Shown here piece after piece: positions 12,971-24,809 of a DNA stretch of 64,000 nt (positions are counted from its first letter, which is position 1; the number at the start of each line of letters is the position of its first letter). The notes below the pieces were generated by a model. The model was not told where the DNA came from, did no database searches, and saw only the letters and a program-made list of their open reading frames with translations. Both the position numbers and the translations under genes were made by a program. Origin of the DNA: Oikopleura dioica (lineage: Eukaryota; Animalia; Chordata); NCBI GenBank assembly GCA_907165135.1, contig OU015569.1, positions 5,146,001 to 5,210,000 of the forward strand, read 5' to 3'.

Positions 12971-13327
12971 ATGCGAACGCTACAACATCATCATTCAGTG
13001 ACGCAAGTTTCAAATCCATGGAGAAATGCTTTAGGAGGAGCATTGACGGGACTATGTAAGTTTAAATCTTTGAAAAGAATAATACGTGACGGCTTTTAGA
13101 GGAATAACTGTCGATTTGTAGGCATTTTGGTTTTAATTGTTGTGATGGTGTGGTACTTACGCAGAAGAGAAGAACTAGAGAGAGCAGAGCAGAAGAAACG
13201 CGAAATTCTTTTCCAGCGTGCTGGCGAATATCTAACGGAGTACAAAAGCCGTCAGCCGGAAAAATGCCGCGATCGTGGCCGCGCACCCAGGAAAACGTTC
13301 CTCCTTGATTTCGAAATCTTTGTCTAA
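12971..13327 (+). CDS. Small single-pass membrane protein
   Basis: GT-AG splice joins ..NALGGALTGL to CILVLIVVMVWYLRRREELERAEQKKRE, a TM followed by basic residues. May start further upstream. Confidence 0.45.
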
Positions 13328-13489
13328 GTTTTTCTTTGATTGAACTTTTCGGGAACGTCTCTCGGAAGTCCGCTTTGTTGAATGTAAATATAATTCAAAC
13401 ACATCACGGGTTGCCCTATTTGCTGTCAGTTTCTAGAATAAAAGCCCTATCTGCAAGTATTGTTCTCTGTGTAATTCAGTTTTCAAGCA

Positions 13490-15084
13490 ATGTCCGATGA
13501 CAGTAACGGCTGGGAAAATAGCTCGGATGGTAAGCGAAAGGAAAAAGTCTCGCTTGACAGTATGAGAGCGTCCTTGAAGGGCCGCGTGCACCACTTATCC
13601 AATAGATGTAATCCAGAGGTCTCCGTGACAACATTTCTCCTCTTTCTATAGTCTTGGCGTCATCTTATTACACAGTGCGCTCCTCAGAAAAAATTGTGGT
13701 AATGAAATAGCCATTCAGGCAAAACTTCGGGTCATGGAAAAAGAATGAAGAAGAAGGAGAGAAAATCCGCGGGCCCCCGCTTTCTACTCAACCGCTCTGG
13801 AGTGCCCTTGTCCGAAGAAGCATGGGATCGCATGTTCACTTTCTACGCCAAAAATGATAAGCAGTTAAGATACAGTAATAATGTTTATTGCGACGATCCG
13901 CTCTTGATTTGCTTTAAGAAATCGAAGACAAAGCCAAGTATAACAAAACAAAATATCCAAGTTTACCTAAATTGAGCGCCTTGGGTGAGGAACTTTTATA
14001 TTTTCTTATGTTTATAATTAATTATTAGACAAGAACGCTCCTCGGTATGCCGAAGTATCGCTCTACCTCTGTAATATCAAAGGCTACTTTAACCAGCTTG
14101 AGGTAGACCTACTTCTATTTGTCAGACAATGAATAATTTATAGTACAATCACACAGGAACTCAAATTTTCGAAATATCGAAGCTGACGGGTTTCTCAAGG
14201 CTGATGGAAAAGGCGAAATTCATTATCCGTTGCTCGATGCCGATCAAATGTTTAGAAGCGACTGTTGTAGGAAGCGATATTTGAAGAGCACAAGGTTTAC
14301 TTCAAAGCTTGCCCATTTCACTTTTCAATCGCCCTAAAGGAATGTATCTGACTTGCTTCATTCCGAAGCTCATCCGCTTCCCGATTACTTTTAAATCCGT
14401 TTGCAATGGGCAGACTTTCTATCACATCGTGCTAGGAATCTACTACGAGGGACAACTTGGCTCTATTGGGCTCTCAAGAAGAGACGATTTAGCTGACAAG
14501 CCATTGATATACGACAGCTTGGCTGGCTTGATCCGCGAATTTCAGCGCTGCTACGCGGGTTACAGTCACAAGTTGCAGAAAGTAACAATTGGGGGACCCG
14601 TTCCCACCGATCTCACTTCACAAATTCAAGTGCAGTGGAATAGAAAAAAGTTTACTCTCAACTCAAAATGCGACTGGAACTCGATGAGCAGATTACCTCG
14701 GACCTTCAAAAGGGATCAGGTAGGGAGTAATCTCTTCCTTGATTCCAATAATTAACTTAGGAGTCATCGAGCAACGTAACCTTTGGACAACCTAGAAGTA
14801 TGGAAGCACTCCTCAGTATGATAAAGCTTGACACCACAAAGTACGCCATTCCGTCATCGCCGATGACAATACGCCCAGTCACTCAATTCACTCCAAAACG
14901 CGCTTCCCGACATTCTCTGGTTCCAAGTACCTCGCGTCTTCCTGCTGCTTATTCGAAACCAGCCGCTCGCGTCCGTATCTTCAAGTAAGCTCTTTTTATG
15001 ATTCACCAAATAATTTTAATTTAGTCGTCCTCAGCTGAGCAGTACAACGCGCATCTTTCGTCCATCGTGAACTGTCAAATTTAA
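13490..15084 (+). CDS. VASH1: Vasohibin (tubulin detyrosinase)
   Basis: YNHTGTQIFEISK..PIKCLEATVVGMYLT..RFPITFKS..FYHIVLG..GSIGLSRRDDL; catalytic Cys and His present. Needs a GA-AG intron at 14271-14339. Confidence 0.9.
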
Positions 15085-15141
15085 GGAAAATAAATAATTA
15101 TAATATCAAAAAGATTGAATTATTTTCGATGTATTTTGTAT

Positions 15142-15399
15142 TTATTTATTGGAAGACTCAAGCAGATTTGAAAGCATTCGCCTTCCCCGGTGCAAATAAT
15201 GCACATTGCACAACAAAGTGTTCATTTGTCTCTTAGAAATGTTGAAGATGCGCATCCAGACGTAGTAGTGCAGCGCGATTAGACAGCAGAACATAAGATA
15301 CGTCTTTATCAGTTTGTCGCGTATTTCAGTGCTTCGCATAAAATATGAATTTATTGTCTCTATCTCCTTCGGACTTTCGCGTTGGTACGGAGATACCAT
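15142..15399 (-). CDS. Possible small single-TM protein (85 aa)
   Basis: ATG 19 nt after a ccttag acceptor, directly downstream of the protease on the same strand; hydrophobic YLMFCCLIALHYYVWM. Confidence 0.3.
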   Translation of the reverse strand: MVSPYQRESPKEIETINSYFMRSTEIRDKLIKTYLMFCCLIALHYYVWMRIFNISKRQMNTLLCNVHYLHRGRRMLSNLLESSNK

Positions 15400-15706
15400 T
15401 AATATATTGGTTCGCAACTAAGGATGAAGAAAGCTTTTTCACGCCTCTTTGATGTTATAAATTTATGCCTTCTAAACGACCTTACGTAAAGCTATTTTTA
15501 TTCACGGTTTGTCAGGTGTCGAAGCGTTTATTTAATATTTATATAAATTCATCTCATTTATGAGATATTGAACAAAAGTACAACAGTAATTTCAGTTAAT
15601 CAGTTTGATGGTTTCATGTGGCGAAGAACATTGTGGTCAATGTTCATATTTTGATGCAAGTTTTGGTTCCTAAGCGGCGTCAAAACAAAATGCTAGAATT
15701 AGTAGC

Positions 15707-18327
15707 CTACCTAGGAACGACTGAATGCGCGGACGGATTTTTGATGATCTTGTGGATCCACTCCCTGTAATAAGCGACGTTGGTGTAGACCCCTGGGTAG
15801 ACTTTGTCCGCGCACTGCTTGCCAAAAGAGACGAGACCTGCGAGCGATTGTCGCTGAGTACGACGATCAAAGCAATCGAGCGGACCGCCACTAAAAACAA
15901 TCACTCCTAGTTGGAATCATAACCAGCCTCTCTCACCTATCTCCAATACACGCGTCAATGGCGCCAAGCTCCGCTGCACACAAATGCTGCCTTGAATGAG
16001 ATTTGATTAAAGTATTCTTTCACAAGCTTGAACTTGGCACTTACTTTCGCGTAAGTGTGACAGGACGTGTATGCGAAATCTCGCGCACGGAGGAATTTGC
16101 GTATGCTGCCCGGCAATCACTGAACTTTGTCAGTGGGACTTGGGCACGCTGGATCGTCTCACTGGAAAGCTACGGAGTTACGTGTTCATAGTTTGTTGAC
16201 TACCTGAAGCGGGCGCCAGGCTCAGAAGACGTACGTCCCCAACCAGTGATGTAGCAACTGTCCCTGACCTTGAGAGAGTCGACAGCGCGCGGCATGCAAA
16301 TAGGGCCCGTTTCCATGTCAAACTTGAAGCACTTGCCCGTGTGGTCTGGTTTCAACTGAATCAAGGCGATGTCATTGTTTGCTGCTCCTGTTCTAAACAT
16401 TCCCTCACATATATTTTTGCGCACTTAACTTACTCAGAAATGACTTGAAAGTTTTCGTGAACAAAAATGTCCTTCACATCAATAGCCTTTCGCGGATTTA
16501 AACTTTAAATTTTAAAGTGAGTGTTAATATCAATCTGAAATTTAATAAATGGCTTCTTATCTATGCATTTTACTCCGATCCTGTGCGTTAATCTCGTCGT
16601 CACCTTCTTTGTTGAATCTTCCGCTGCGTACTTGAAACGTGCCGCGCTCGACTGCAGCTTGAATAGTGCGCGCGTTTGAGCTTCTGTCACTGACCATCAA
16701 GCAATGCGCAGCAGTGATGACCCAGCAACTTCCGATAATTGAGGCGCCACATGCATGCTGTCCACGGGTGTGATCCGCAAAAGTCTGTGGCTTCGAATAG
16801 GCGATCTGAGCCATCCAAGGATGGTTGCATGGCTTTGACGTCGTCGCGCCGATGATGCGACTCTGGCAGTTAGAACGACCACAGTATCTTTCTGCATCCA
16901 GAAGCTCGTTCAGATCAGATTCTTAAGATTTTTAAGCTTGAATTTCTTTCCGACGAATCTTTCTGATCCGGTGAACATGCAAAAATATGCTCGGTACGTG
17001 GCTTTATAGAAAGATTCCGTCACACTGTCCCATACCTATTTCATCCTCTGGAATGTTAATCCCGTCTTCGGCACAGCGGGGAAGTGCGCAGTACTCCCAC
17101 TTTCGCTCTGGGTCTGAAATTCGCAAAGAGGATTAGATTACGTTGCTCTGTTCTCTGTTACCTGTCGTGTAGCACCACGGTAGCTGCTCGTTTTCACCGA
17201 GGACGTGGCATCGAGCTCCAGCTTGGTTCGGAAAAGGAGGAAGAATCAACGGTTTGTGAGGCGTGGTTGTATTCCATGCCTGACAAGGAATACCAGTTAC
17301 AGTCCGTTCTGCATGTTCCAGTGATCCAGAGCGACATGGTCGCGCGCGCACTACAACGAGCTGGTAAAAAAGGAACGTACACTTAGTCTGTGACTTTTTA
17401 TGTACCTTCACAAATAAGTTCTCGTTTGAGACCTTTGTTGATTTCATGCTGTCGCGCGAAGAATTTCCACTCCCCGTTTCTTGTCAGCCAGGGATATCGC
17501 CCGATGTTGTGATTTTCACGGATCGATTTTTTCAACAAACGATTCATTTTGAATGTCATTTTGTTGAACTTGAGCGGGGCTTGCAAATAATCACTCTTGT
17601 CATTTATGCCATTTAATTTACATGTCTTTCAAGCCCTAACAAAAGTGGACGGCCACCAAGGCCATGCACGGTTCTTGAAGTGAGATAGGTTCTGTTCCGT
17701 TCAGCTCCAATCCATGCGTTTTTGCCGCGCTTCTCTACAAGCAGTTGAACGAGAAATTGGTTCTCCCGCTCGTTTTGCGGCAAAGCTACTCGCGCTATTC
17801 TGTTTCCAATTGATTCATCGTCGCAGACTCTTTTTACTGTTAGTGTTACAACTAATTTAAAGTGAAGGCATTCAATTGATTTGGTTGTTCCAAATGTCAA
17901 CTTTTAGTTTATGGCAGAAATCTAACAATTCCCTATGAGCCTGTTCAACTGTGTATTGGCCTCTCATTTTTGCATAGCATTTTGTCCCAGGATCTTCTAA
18001 TAGAAACCAATTCCCATCTGAACGAATCTATCAGTAATTCGGAGTCCCTTGAGTTTATGTTTTATTATGTTGATTTACGCCTGATTGACCTTAGTCAATT
18101 ATTGTTCCTGCTTTACAAATTTTATGAAACGTAACATTCCACAGTACATAGCTCATATGTAATCCATTATTCTAGCTCCTTTATTCAGATTAGCAATGAG
18201 TATTCAGTCCACATCATGTAAAAATATGTGGATTTATACCTGGACATCGTCTGGAGCGAACTTGTGCTTGAATTGTGCTGAGTTGGAGGTAGACAATAAA
18301 TGTGATGAATGTGGCCTTCGAGAACAT
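15707..18327 (-). CDS. Secreted mosaic serine protease: signal peptide, C-type lectin-like, kringle, trypsin domain
   Basis: Signal [21 protein letters not shown]; lectin motifs [20 protein letters not shown]; kringle [20 protein letters not shown]; activation R|IIG; triad TAAHC, NDIAL, DACIGDSGGP (split by an intron). Confidence 0.85.
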
Positions 18328-19268
18328 CTGCTTTGTTTAATTTTACTGTCTCTCGGTCTGTCTCTGTCGATTGTGTTTTTTTTCTCTCTGTTTTTTGAGC
18401 TTCTTGTTCGTTTTTCTTTCTTCGTTGTAGTATTTTTGAGGTTTAGCTTTTTCCAATCGATTATCGTAATTGCGTCAATAACTCTATTGGCTTTATTTTA
18501 ATTTTAATGGTGGGGGCGCTTGTTACGACTCAATTTAGAAATTCCACCTAACGGAGTCGCTACAGAGGTGAGAGGCCTCCAACAAATACAAATTTCGTAT
18601 CGTCGATGGTCAGCCTGTAATGCCATGTTTCTGATTATCGCGCGCGAGCCATCTCCTCTTGTTTGGCTCTGGACCTGGGCATGATAGGCGCGAAAATTCC
18701 GCGAATTCTTGCTCCAAGTTGCGACTTAGTTTTAAAGAACTACTGTAATTAATGCAAAAGCGATAGGATTGTTAGAATCATCAACATTTCGAGAAGGTAC
18801 GCGCGTAGTCAATGTGTCACTATTTTCTGAATCTCTCTAGAATCGACGTCGTTGTTTTTAAAAGTCCATTTCTCTGGTCATTATGCTTCTCGGCTTTTTG
18901 AAGGAAGGACTGCAAGGAACCTGCTTGATAAAAAAAGCTGATCAAGAAGTTCCATTCAGTTCTTTGCATAAAAAAGCACACTCGACGAAATCTATAATTT
19001 TATGCTTTGATTCAAATCCTTTGAATGTCGATCACTGATGACTTAATTTAGGTTACTTGGTCGCAGTTGAACTTGGTAGCCTAGATTATCATCGTTGATC
19101 GCTTCGGAGAACATTCGACGATATTCCATTTGTTTTTTTATTTATTAGGAGCGGAGCATAAATTACACGAGGGACATTTTGAAATCAGTGTGAGGGCATT
19201 TGGATTTTGAGTACAGTGAGATAAGTTTAGTGGTCTTTAATCTGGACAGCACAGCCAACTAGTTCAGC

Positions 19269-21534
19269 TCATCCGAGCATCATCAGATTCTCGAGCTGCG
19301 CTCGCTGCTCACCAACCATTTCGTAAGGGATTGCCATGGGCGGAACCCCGACATTCATCTGCGGCTGGTTGATTTGGGCGAGGCTCTCGTCATCTCCTCG
19401 CAGCAGGAAATCGCGGAAATCAGATGGGTTTCTCGAGCGATCAATACTCGAGCATGTCTCTGCGCAAGTAGTTTTATCCTTCAAAATTATTTGTAAGTTT
19501 TCTAATAAATCTAGTATTTTCTACTCATTTCATTTCGAACTAACCATGAAGTTATTTTGCATCTCTCGATCGAGACGTCCCCAGCAGCCACCCCAGACAA
19601 ACACCTTGCAAGCATCTTCCTCTTTGTCATAGTACCAAGCTGGGACGTAGGCACGGCATTCGCCCTACACAAGGAATTTACACTCTCGCGTTAAAAAACG
19701 ACACTCACTGGCATTGTTTTTGCCATACACCTAGCCGGCTTCTCTCGCATGTCCATCAATGAGTCTCTGTCCGCAGTTCTAGCAGAGATGCCTTGTTGCG
19801 ACCCAAGTAGTCGCATTCCAACCACCTCCATCTCGCCACTGTTGCTCGGCCCTGCTTGCTGAGGCGCTTGATTTTATTGTTTTGAGTTATTCAAGGTCAT
19901 TATTTACTAACCAGATAAGAAAGGCTGCCTGGCGTACTGAAACACCATCGGTAGCAGCTCTGGAGGAATGTCACGGGCCTCGGTTTCTGACAGATCAAGC
20001 TCGATGACCAGCCATGCGGGGAGCTGCAAACTCACCAGCTGTTGACCAATTCGAGCTTGTACAGTTACAGTGGTGTCTTTAATACAGGTTCCTAAACGGA
20101 TCCATCAAGGAATGTAAACGGGTTCAACCTACCGAGGCATTCGAGACTGCTTTTAAAGTTGTTGGAGTTGCCGCCACAGTTACCAGAGTCAAACTTGACA
20201 CAAGCGTTTTTGCCTTGATGGAAGTAGTAACGTTCTTGGGTCAATTTGGAGAGCTCATCCTCCGCGGACGGCGCAATGAGCGGATTCAAGGGCTGAAATG
20301 AAGGGTAAACTTTTGACGAAATGATAAAATATCACCTCGGATGAGCAATTCCCTCGATTCAACGGCATCGTACACAAGGACATTGGCACCGGATCTATCA
20401 AGTGATTATTTTGAGAGCAGCGGGATAAAAATAATTTTTAAAAACTTCCGCAAGAAGAAGAATTTATGAGTCAGATGTTTGTAATCTGTTTTCAAAAATA
20501 TGGATTAAAAGTTTTCGTTGATGGTTATAATTACCGCAAGTATTGGAGCATTCTTGCGCAGAAGCAAAGCCAGTGCAGCTTTCTTGAACTTCGCATTTCT
20601 TGGAGATCGAATTGTAGATCCATTTCTGCTTAGAAGAACGCACATTGCGACATGTGAACAAGGGGGTTTGTGCGACATTGCATGGATCAGTTCCGAAGAG
20701 GTAGAGTTTCGGACAAATGAGCATGCTGTCAACTTCACCAAACGGCACGCGCTGAATGCGGTAGCCAGAATCAACAAACACGCACCAGCAGTTTTTGTCC
20801 GAGCATTGAAGAGGTGTCCAAAGCCCGCTCGCGTCGCAATCCGGCAGCTGGTAATCCTCAAATGTCTTCTTTGCCTTCATTGCCATTCTTGTTTAAATAA
20901 TTTATTACCGCGTCAAAGGGCACAATTATACCTGATCTCATTGCATGAAGGATATTTGGACTCGCCGCGGCCCTGTTGATATCCGGCCTCCCACCAAATT
21001 GAAGCGAGCCAGAGTGAACTAAAAAAACGTATCAGACTTTGGACGCCGTTTTTACGTTTTAATCGTCGCTATTCGCGTCAAACTCAACGTGACGCTAATT
21101 TGCAATAATTTTTTTTATCACAGCAAGGTTACAGAGTTTATTCCAGGGCGCCCACCATGCAGGCTATCCAGATCAACCCAACAGTCTCTTTGGCTCATAA
21201 AAGCCTCTTTGAAATGCTGAATCTCTTTCAGAATCCTTTAGATTCTAAAGTTTAGAATAACAAGAAAAAAATATCAAGAAGGCAGAAAAGTATGAAAAAT
21301 TTTGGTCTAACTTACGTAAAAGTCGGGGAGGCCGTTTCTTTCTCCTCTTCTTCCAAGTCAGCGAATTCAGCAAACTTGCAAGAGTTTTAATTTTGAAATT
21401 TAAGAAAATATAGGGTTGGTTTTGTTGTTTGGGTTAAAAACTCGTAGCTGAGCATGAACGATGTGCGGCGGTGCGAGTCGGCTGAGCGTGAGGCCGAGTA
21501 TGACGAGGAGGAGCGGCGTCCAGCGACTTCTCAT
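19269..21534 (-). CDS. Secreted protease inhibitor: thyroglobulin type-1 plus three Kunitz/BPTI domains
   Basis: Signal MRSRWTPLLLVILGLTLS; PDCDASGLWTPLQC..CWCV; Kunitz modules ending ..SAQECSNTC, RYYF..CGGNSNNFKSSLEC and GECRAYVPAWYYD..FVWGGC..NNF..CAETC. Confidence 0.8.
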
Positions 21535-21622
21535 CTTTTCTCTCCCTTTCTGAACGCAAAGTTATCCTCATCGAGCCCCGTTTCTCAAGGAAATTAAAAG
21601 GTTGAAATGGCCTCGAGTTACG

Positions 21623-21630
21623 TGACGTCA
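21623..21630. promoter_or_regulatory. CRE palindrome TGACGTCA upstream of the Kunitz gene
   Basis: Exact palindrome about 90 bp 5' of the ATG at 21534. An 8-mer can occur by chance. Confidence 0.3.
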
Positions 21631-22182
21631 CCCAACACGTCGAGAAGCCATTCACCTCAAGGACGGCAACTGATGACGATGATTAGTTTGATAGTAAGCC
21701 CACTTCCACCCGCAAATTACCCCAACAAAATCGGGCACCAAAAATCGGACCTCCCGATTTCGACACGACAAAGGGGCTCTAAAAGGAACACTTTGGGAAA
21801 TTTTCCTACAGCAAAGATGCTATCCATCGATCTCCTTGTTGAGAGCTACCCATCTCTGTTGCAGAAAACGTGTCAAACTTTTTAGACTCAAGAATGTTTA
21901 ATAAATGAATTCCAACTGTGTCTAAACGGCTAGAACATCTGGAGTTCAATGTATTGGGCTGCAATCTCATTTAAATATTTTCAAAGCTGGGCTGATTACT
22001 TTAGCCATTAGTAGTGTTTTGCGCACTCCAAATATACACGCAGACGAAAAATGGGATGAAAAATCGGCGATTATCGTTTTCAATGTTCCACGGTTGAAAG
22101 AATAGAAATGGCAGATAATTCTCCTCTCAGTTTAAAAAAAGTGCGACACACGGGGAATCATATAATTGCTCGTTTTCTACAT

Positions 22183-24519
22183 TCAAGAATGGCTAAAGCG
22201 AAACCCTTTTTTAAAAAGGCGATTATTTTCATAATCGGTTCGAATAGCGCCACGGTGTCTAACAATTATGCAAGTAGTAGCATTATTATCATGTTTGTTG
22301 ACAGAGACATACCTATGCTTGATCTTGTTGGAGCTACTCTTGAAGGATTCGGCGATTCTCGGCGCTAGAATTGGATTCGCCTTCTTCCGACGCGTCCTGT
22401 GTGTTTCTGTCTGATCCAATTGCTCGTGAATGGGTTGAGATAATTACGCAAGGCGCCCAACACGAGCCGTATGCTTTATTCATTTGAAACTGATTTGGGT
22501 GAATTTTTCAGCAGCGTTCTTTGTCTTCGAGCATTCACCCCTAAATTGCAATTGACGATCCTGGGAAAAAAATAAATTACTCTCGGAGTGGGAACACTTT
22601 TTGCGACAAGCATTGAACGAACATCTATTGGAAAATTATATTCAATGGATATTATTAAAGGCTGTCAGAAAATAGATATACACTGTATATTATACAGGAA
22701 GGCTATTCGTAAACTTTCGAATATTGATAAATTATATTGAATACGAAGATTTCTTATAAGTTTCAGCATCCAAATGAGAAAGATTTCAGTTCTCGAGAGA
22801 GCTTTCCGCTGATGACTTTTGACTAGTTAATGACCCTTAATTTATGGCCCATAAATTATTGCTCCTGCGAGGTTCTGAGATTTGCCTTATTCCAAAAGCC
22901 TATGAAATGTTAGAAGCCACGAGAAGCCATACCCTTGCTTGTGGAAAGCAAAGGCAAGTTCGAGTTTTAAAGATAATATCCTATTGAATTGAGACAAAAT
23001 AAAATTTCTTTACTTTGATGTCCTTTTATTGAGCATGTTGGCAGAAAGCGAGTAAAGCAAGAGAAGAATGCATAAGTTGAATTTTTCATGGAGAATTGAA
23101 GAAAGCAGAAATAAAGTTAGAAGGTGCAGTTTTTCGATTTCGCCGCTGAAAGAGAAAATAGTTTTGGAACATTCCCGGAACAACTTTCGTAACCAGCGCC
23201 TTTGAGTAAGATTCAAAGAAGAAGCCCAAACTAAATTTCTATTTTAACCTTTTCACATTTTTCGAATTTCGACCAAGAGTTTGTCTCCTTTTCTAATAGA
23301 AGGAAACCCTTTGATAGTCAGCAAGCGAGAAATGGTTAAGAAAACATATTTGCTTTTGAATCAAGCCTGAGTGTTCGCTTTGACCGGAAACCAGTCTGAA
23401 TTTTTGCCGTCGAAGTTTTCCCCTCTTGAATTATTGCAGGAGGTGCACAGCGGCACGATATAACAAACTTCATTTGAATTACGTCCTACGAGAGCTTCGC
23501 AAACGTGCATTTAGGTCTATTATTGCAGAAAGAATTCGAAGCCCTTCCTTTTATCCAAACATGTCCACCGAGACTGGCTGGTTTGGAACACATTCTTTTC
23601 GCGCAACGGGGAGCTAACTCCGGTTTGTTCACAGCTTTCTGAAAACAAAAGTTGAGTTTTCAAAATTGCTAAAAATCAAATCTGAAAATAAAAATTTGAA
23701 TTATGAAAAATTACTTTGTATCGTCCAAGATGGTTTCTTTTATCGTTGCTGCTGCCAATAACGTGCGAGACGAGTGTGTCTTTCTTGAGCTTCTCGACGG
23801 AGCCGATTTCGGGAAGATAGCCGCCGAGCATTCTCTTGGCGAGTTGAGTTTGAATGGGACGCCAGGGCAGCATCATGATCGCGGATGATCCTTTCTCTTT
23901 TCAGACGTCAAAATGAGTCACAAGGCCAACGGGCGAGACCTATTTCGCGACACAGATGACCAATTTTGTCAATATTTGGCAAAGAGCCGAAAATTTTATG
24001 CTTGGTCCCTGTTTCTTTAATGAAAAAATAAGTTTTATTTAAAAATAAACGCTTGCCAATGTTCTCGAAAGCAAAATTTAGTAACAGCTGCGATACAAGA
24101 CTGCGTCCAGCTGCTTTTAGGTTCAAAAGTGTCCTGCTGATTGTTGATTCGATTCCATTTGAATAGCGCCATCTTTTGGCGAAACTGGACATATAAGCTG
24201 GCTACTTCCCAACTATTTTCAGTTTATAAAATGAAATTTCAAAATCTTTTCTTCCACTTGAGTAAATGCATGAATGTTAATTATGCCGTAATATGTTAAA
24301 CATGTCTTCCTGTATTCTGAAATAAACATAACATAGTCGAAATGGTCTTGATTGGATTTCTGAAGCTATCTTGACATTTGAACAATCGCGTTTGATAAGC
24401 GTCGCCGCATGCACGTGATGAAAAAACAAATTTTGGAAGCGATTTTCGGCAAAAGGTTGAAGTCCGCTTACGTCAAAAACGCTCTCGATGAAGCCTCTCT
24501 TCCGCCTTTTAGTCTTCAT
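22183..24519 (-). CDS. Multi-exon uncharacterised protein
   Basis: Joinable GT-AG exons (..GHLCREIG|SSAIMMLPWRPIQTQLAKRMLGGYLPEIG..GRYK|; terminal ..KIKHR|HRGAIRTDYENNRLFKKGFRFSHS*). No family recognised. Confidence 0.45.
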
Positions 24520-24809
24520 AGCCAGATTTTGTTTGTTGCTGGTGATTTTGTTTTTTATAAGAGAAAATATTCGAAGCATCGAGGAGGAAAGCTCAGAAGA
24601 GTATTTGATTCAGCGGATAAAGGAACAGTTATGTTGAATTCAATAGTTCTGGAAACTTATTTCATTCTTGTTAATTATTTTTCCGTTTCAAAGCTTCCTG
24701 CTTTAGACTTACATGACATAACTTGGAAAAAGCGAGAGCTTCAGGTATTACGACTTCAGTTTTGGTTGATTTTGACTTCTAACTTGAGATATTATCGCAG
24801 CATGGCGGA

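Noticed and set aside
15142-15417. Small ORF next to vasohibin as SVBP
   Set aside because: It is hydrophobic and shows no resemblance to the charged helical SVBP.
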